From a virus, in the IMG/VR virus record IMGVR_UViG_3300030333_008459, positions 1 to 64,000 of that record: a stretch of DNA of 64,000 bases; one strand, written 5' to 3'. Positions 62,306-64,000 of the stretch are shown one piece after another. Both the position numbers and the translations under genes were made by a program. Under the pieces are notes generated by a model that did not search any database, was not told where the DNA came from, and was given only the letters and a program-made list of their open reading frames with translations. Position 1 is the first letter of the stretch; each line of letters begins with the position of its first letter.

Positions 62306-63451
62306 ATGGCCAGCAGAAATAGAGTAATTTACCAATCAGAAGGGCTTTTTGTGAGCAGGGACGCTAGCTTAACGGGTGAAGCCGATAATGAGCAGCTCCA
62401 ACGAGTTCAAAGCGCTAACTACAGCTATACAATTAACCGTCAAGACGTTAACCAATACGGCGAGCTTGCTCGTATTGACTCTTTAGTTCTTGAGCCGCCG
62501 ACAGTTAGTGTTGACTTTTCTTATTATTTAACGGACGGCTTTAATGAAAGATGTTTAGATTTTTATGTTCAGACGGGTAACGCCATCAAAACCCAACTCA
62601 CAGCTCCAGGCAACTTTGCGTCTGGTCACCTTACTGCTGGATCGGGAAAAAATATTTATATTGTCACTTCTCCTGAGGGAGAAGACTTCAACGCAGGAGA
62701 TGCTTATGAGGCTAGTGATAAAATTATCGGTATTGGTAATGCTTACTTAACTGATTATTCTGTTGATCTTTCTGTGGGTTCTCTCCCCACCGCTAGTGTT
62801 AGCATGGAGGGAGCCAACGTTCGTAGTTCCGCTGGAACCGCAATCAAAAACCCAGCTGTAAACCAAGCAGATGGATCAGAGTTCACCTCCAATAACGTCA
62901 CCCTTCCTGTAGGTAAAACAGGAGGTGCGGGAGCTGCGAGTGGTGGCATTACTGCACTAAAGCCAGGAGATATCACATTATCTCTGACAGCTTTTGATGG
63001 CGAAACTGTCTCAGATCTTAGTGCTACCGAAGGTATTCACATACAAAGCGCTACTATTTCCATTCCTCTTTCGAGAACTCCTCTGGACCGTCTCGGAAGC
63101 ACCTTTGCTTTCGCACGGACTGTTGATTTCCCAGTCGTTACGACTCTTAGTGTTAGCGCGATTATGAATGAAACAGATGCTGATAACTTAGCTGATAATC
63201 TGGAGCTACCAGAACGAGATGTTTCTATCACCCTGAAAGATGCTAATGAAAACACTGCTCTGTTATGGGATTTTAAAGGAGCACTGGTCGAAAGCGAAAG
63301 CTGGAGTTCTAGTATTGGGGCAAACAAGTCTGTAGACATTACATTCACTGCTCAAATTGGTGGTCCCGAAGATGTCGCTGATGGAGTCTTCTTAAGCGGT
63401 ATTAATGGTGACCCCGCTTTTAATCTGTATCAAGCTGGACCTGCATCATAA
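62306..63451 (+). CDS. Major tail tube protein (tandem two-domain type)
   Basis: Beta-rich, with internal duplication RVQSANYSYTINRQDVNQYG / HIQSATISIPLSRTPLDRLG; follows the neck genes. Confidence 0.7.
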   Translation: MASRNRVIYQSEGLFVSRDASLTGEADNEQLQRVQSANYSYTINRQDVNQYGELARIDSLVLEPPTVSVDFSYYLTDGFNERCLDFYVQTGNAIKTQLTAPGNFASGHLTAGSGKNIYIVTSPEGEDFNAGDAYEASDKIIGIGNAYLTDYSVDLSVGSLPTASVSMEGANVRSSAGTAIKNPAVNQADGSEFTSNNVTLPVGKTGGAGAASGGITALKPGDITLSLTAFDGETVSDLSATEGIHIQSATISIPLSRTPLDRLGSTFAFARTVDFPVVTTLSVSAIMNETDADNLADNLELPERDVSITLKDANENTALLWDFKGALVESESWSSSIGANKSVDITFTAQIGGPEDVADGVFLSGINGDPAFNLYQAGPAS

Positions 63452-63453
63452 CG

Positions 63454-63711
63454 ATGAAAGAAAGATCTTTTACAAAGAGGGTCGCGACAGAAAAACCTGT
63501 CGCGGCCCCCAAGCCTAAAAAAGATCCTGCACCCGCAGAATCAACAGAGCTGCCTTGGAAAACACATGAGGACATTACTAACGCCTTTTTAAAAGGCAGT
63601 CCGAGCGAAGCAGTTTTAAAAGGACACGCTAAAATTTTAGGAATAGAATATAATTCTAATTTTGAAGAATTTTTTAACGATGCTTTAGAGGCATTTAACA
63701 AACTCAAGTAA
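63454..63711 (+). CDS. Hypothetical protein
   Basis: 85-aa ORF with a Lys/Pro/Ala-rich N-terminus. Confidence 0.6.
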   Translation: MKERSFTKRVATEKPVAAPKPKKDPAPAESTELPWKTHEDITNAFLKGSPSEAVLKGHAKILGIEYNSNFEEFFNDALEAFNKLK

Positions 63712-63713
63712 TC

Positions 63714-63956
63714 ATGCCCGACAATAAAAAAACAACTAAAAAAGCTGCTGCACCTAAAAAAGCACCTGCTAAAAAAGTTACCGCTGCTAAAGAAGAGCTT
63801 AAGCCAAAACCTAAAGCTGAAACTCCTAAAACACTAAGGGCGTTAAAAGATCAATATTTCGCAGCTATAGCGGCTAATCCAACTAAAAAGGATTCTATTC
63901 GCGCTAAATATAAAAAAGAAAGACTTGCTCTTAAGAAGTCTCTCAAAAAGCGTTAA
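63714..63956 (+). CDS. Lys/Ala-rich basic (histone H1-like composition) protein
   Basis: KKTTKKAAAPKKAPAKK low-complexity basic sequence. Confidence 0.6.
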   Translation: MPDNKKTTKKAAAPKKAPAKKVTAAKEELKPKPKAETPKTLRALKDQYFAAIAANPTKKDSIRAKYKKERLALKKSLKKR

Positions 63957-64000
63957 TATCTAGTTACTTGATATCCTAGCCCACTGCCGTCTATTCCACC
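63953..64000 (-). CDS. 3' end of a convergent gene that starts beyond the window
   Basis: Open frame GGIDGSGLGYQVTRY* whose TAA overlaps the stop of 63714..63956. Confidence 0.35.
   Translation of the reverse strand, partial: GGIDGSGLGYQVTRY

Noticed and set aside
1-64000. Stop-codon reassignment, tRNA/rRNA genes, IS elements
   Set aside because: Conserved genes are full length in the standard code with very high coding density. Intergenic gaps are short, and I recognised no cloverleaf or transposase by eye; tRNAscan was not run.

Overview
This is a 64-kb internal segment of a large, AT-rich dsDNA tailed bacteriophage, probably uncultured and aquatic. The host cannot be identified from the sequence, and no tail sheath gene is seen in the window. 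Layout: (1) 1-5.6 kb, C-terminal part of a highly repetitive tail-fibre-like protein plus a lectin-like fibre partner. (2) 5.6-16.5 kb, glycosyltransferases, ssDNA/recombination proteins, a modular basic polyprotein, a pseudokinase and a ClpC-like ATPase. (3) 16.5-26 kb, a bacterial-type replication module: DnaE split into PHP, exonuclease and polymerase genes, a PD-(D/E)XK nuclease, primase, DnaB and RecA. (4) 26-42 kb, a dense 22-gene nucleotide-sugar/glycosyltransferase island. (5) nrdAB of probable class Id, a divergent promoter/origin-like region, a phage sigma factor, SSB and Hsp20. (6) 48-64 kb, tail genes: three paralogous tandem-domain tube-like proteins, a duplicated distal-tail-like protein, a 2347-aa tape measure protein, chaperones and neck proteins. 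The most notable signals are the glycan island with a GT9 split across two genes, a tape measure protein with GxIPNF-delimited cargo including a nuclease-like fold, the tripartite Pol III, a polyprotein with repeated putative cleavage motifs, and three promoter classes (16-bp-spacer, often leaderless sigma70-type; a GTGTAA motif; one sigma54-type). No CRISPR array, tRNA, rRNA or IS element was recognised. All family assignments come from motif recognition by eye, not database searches.
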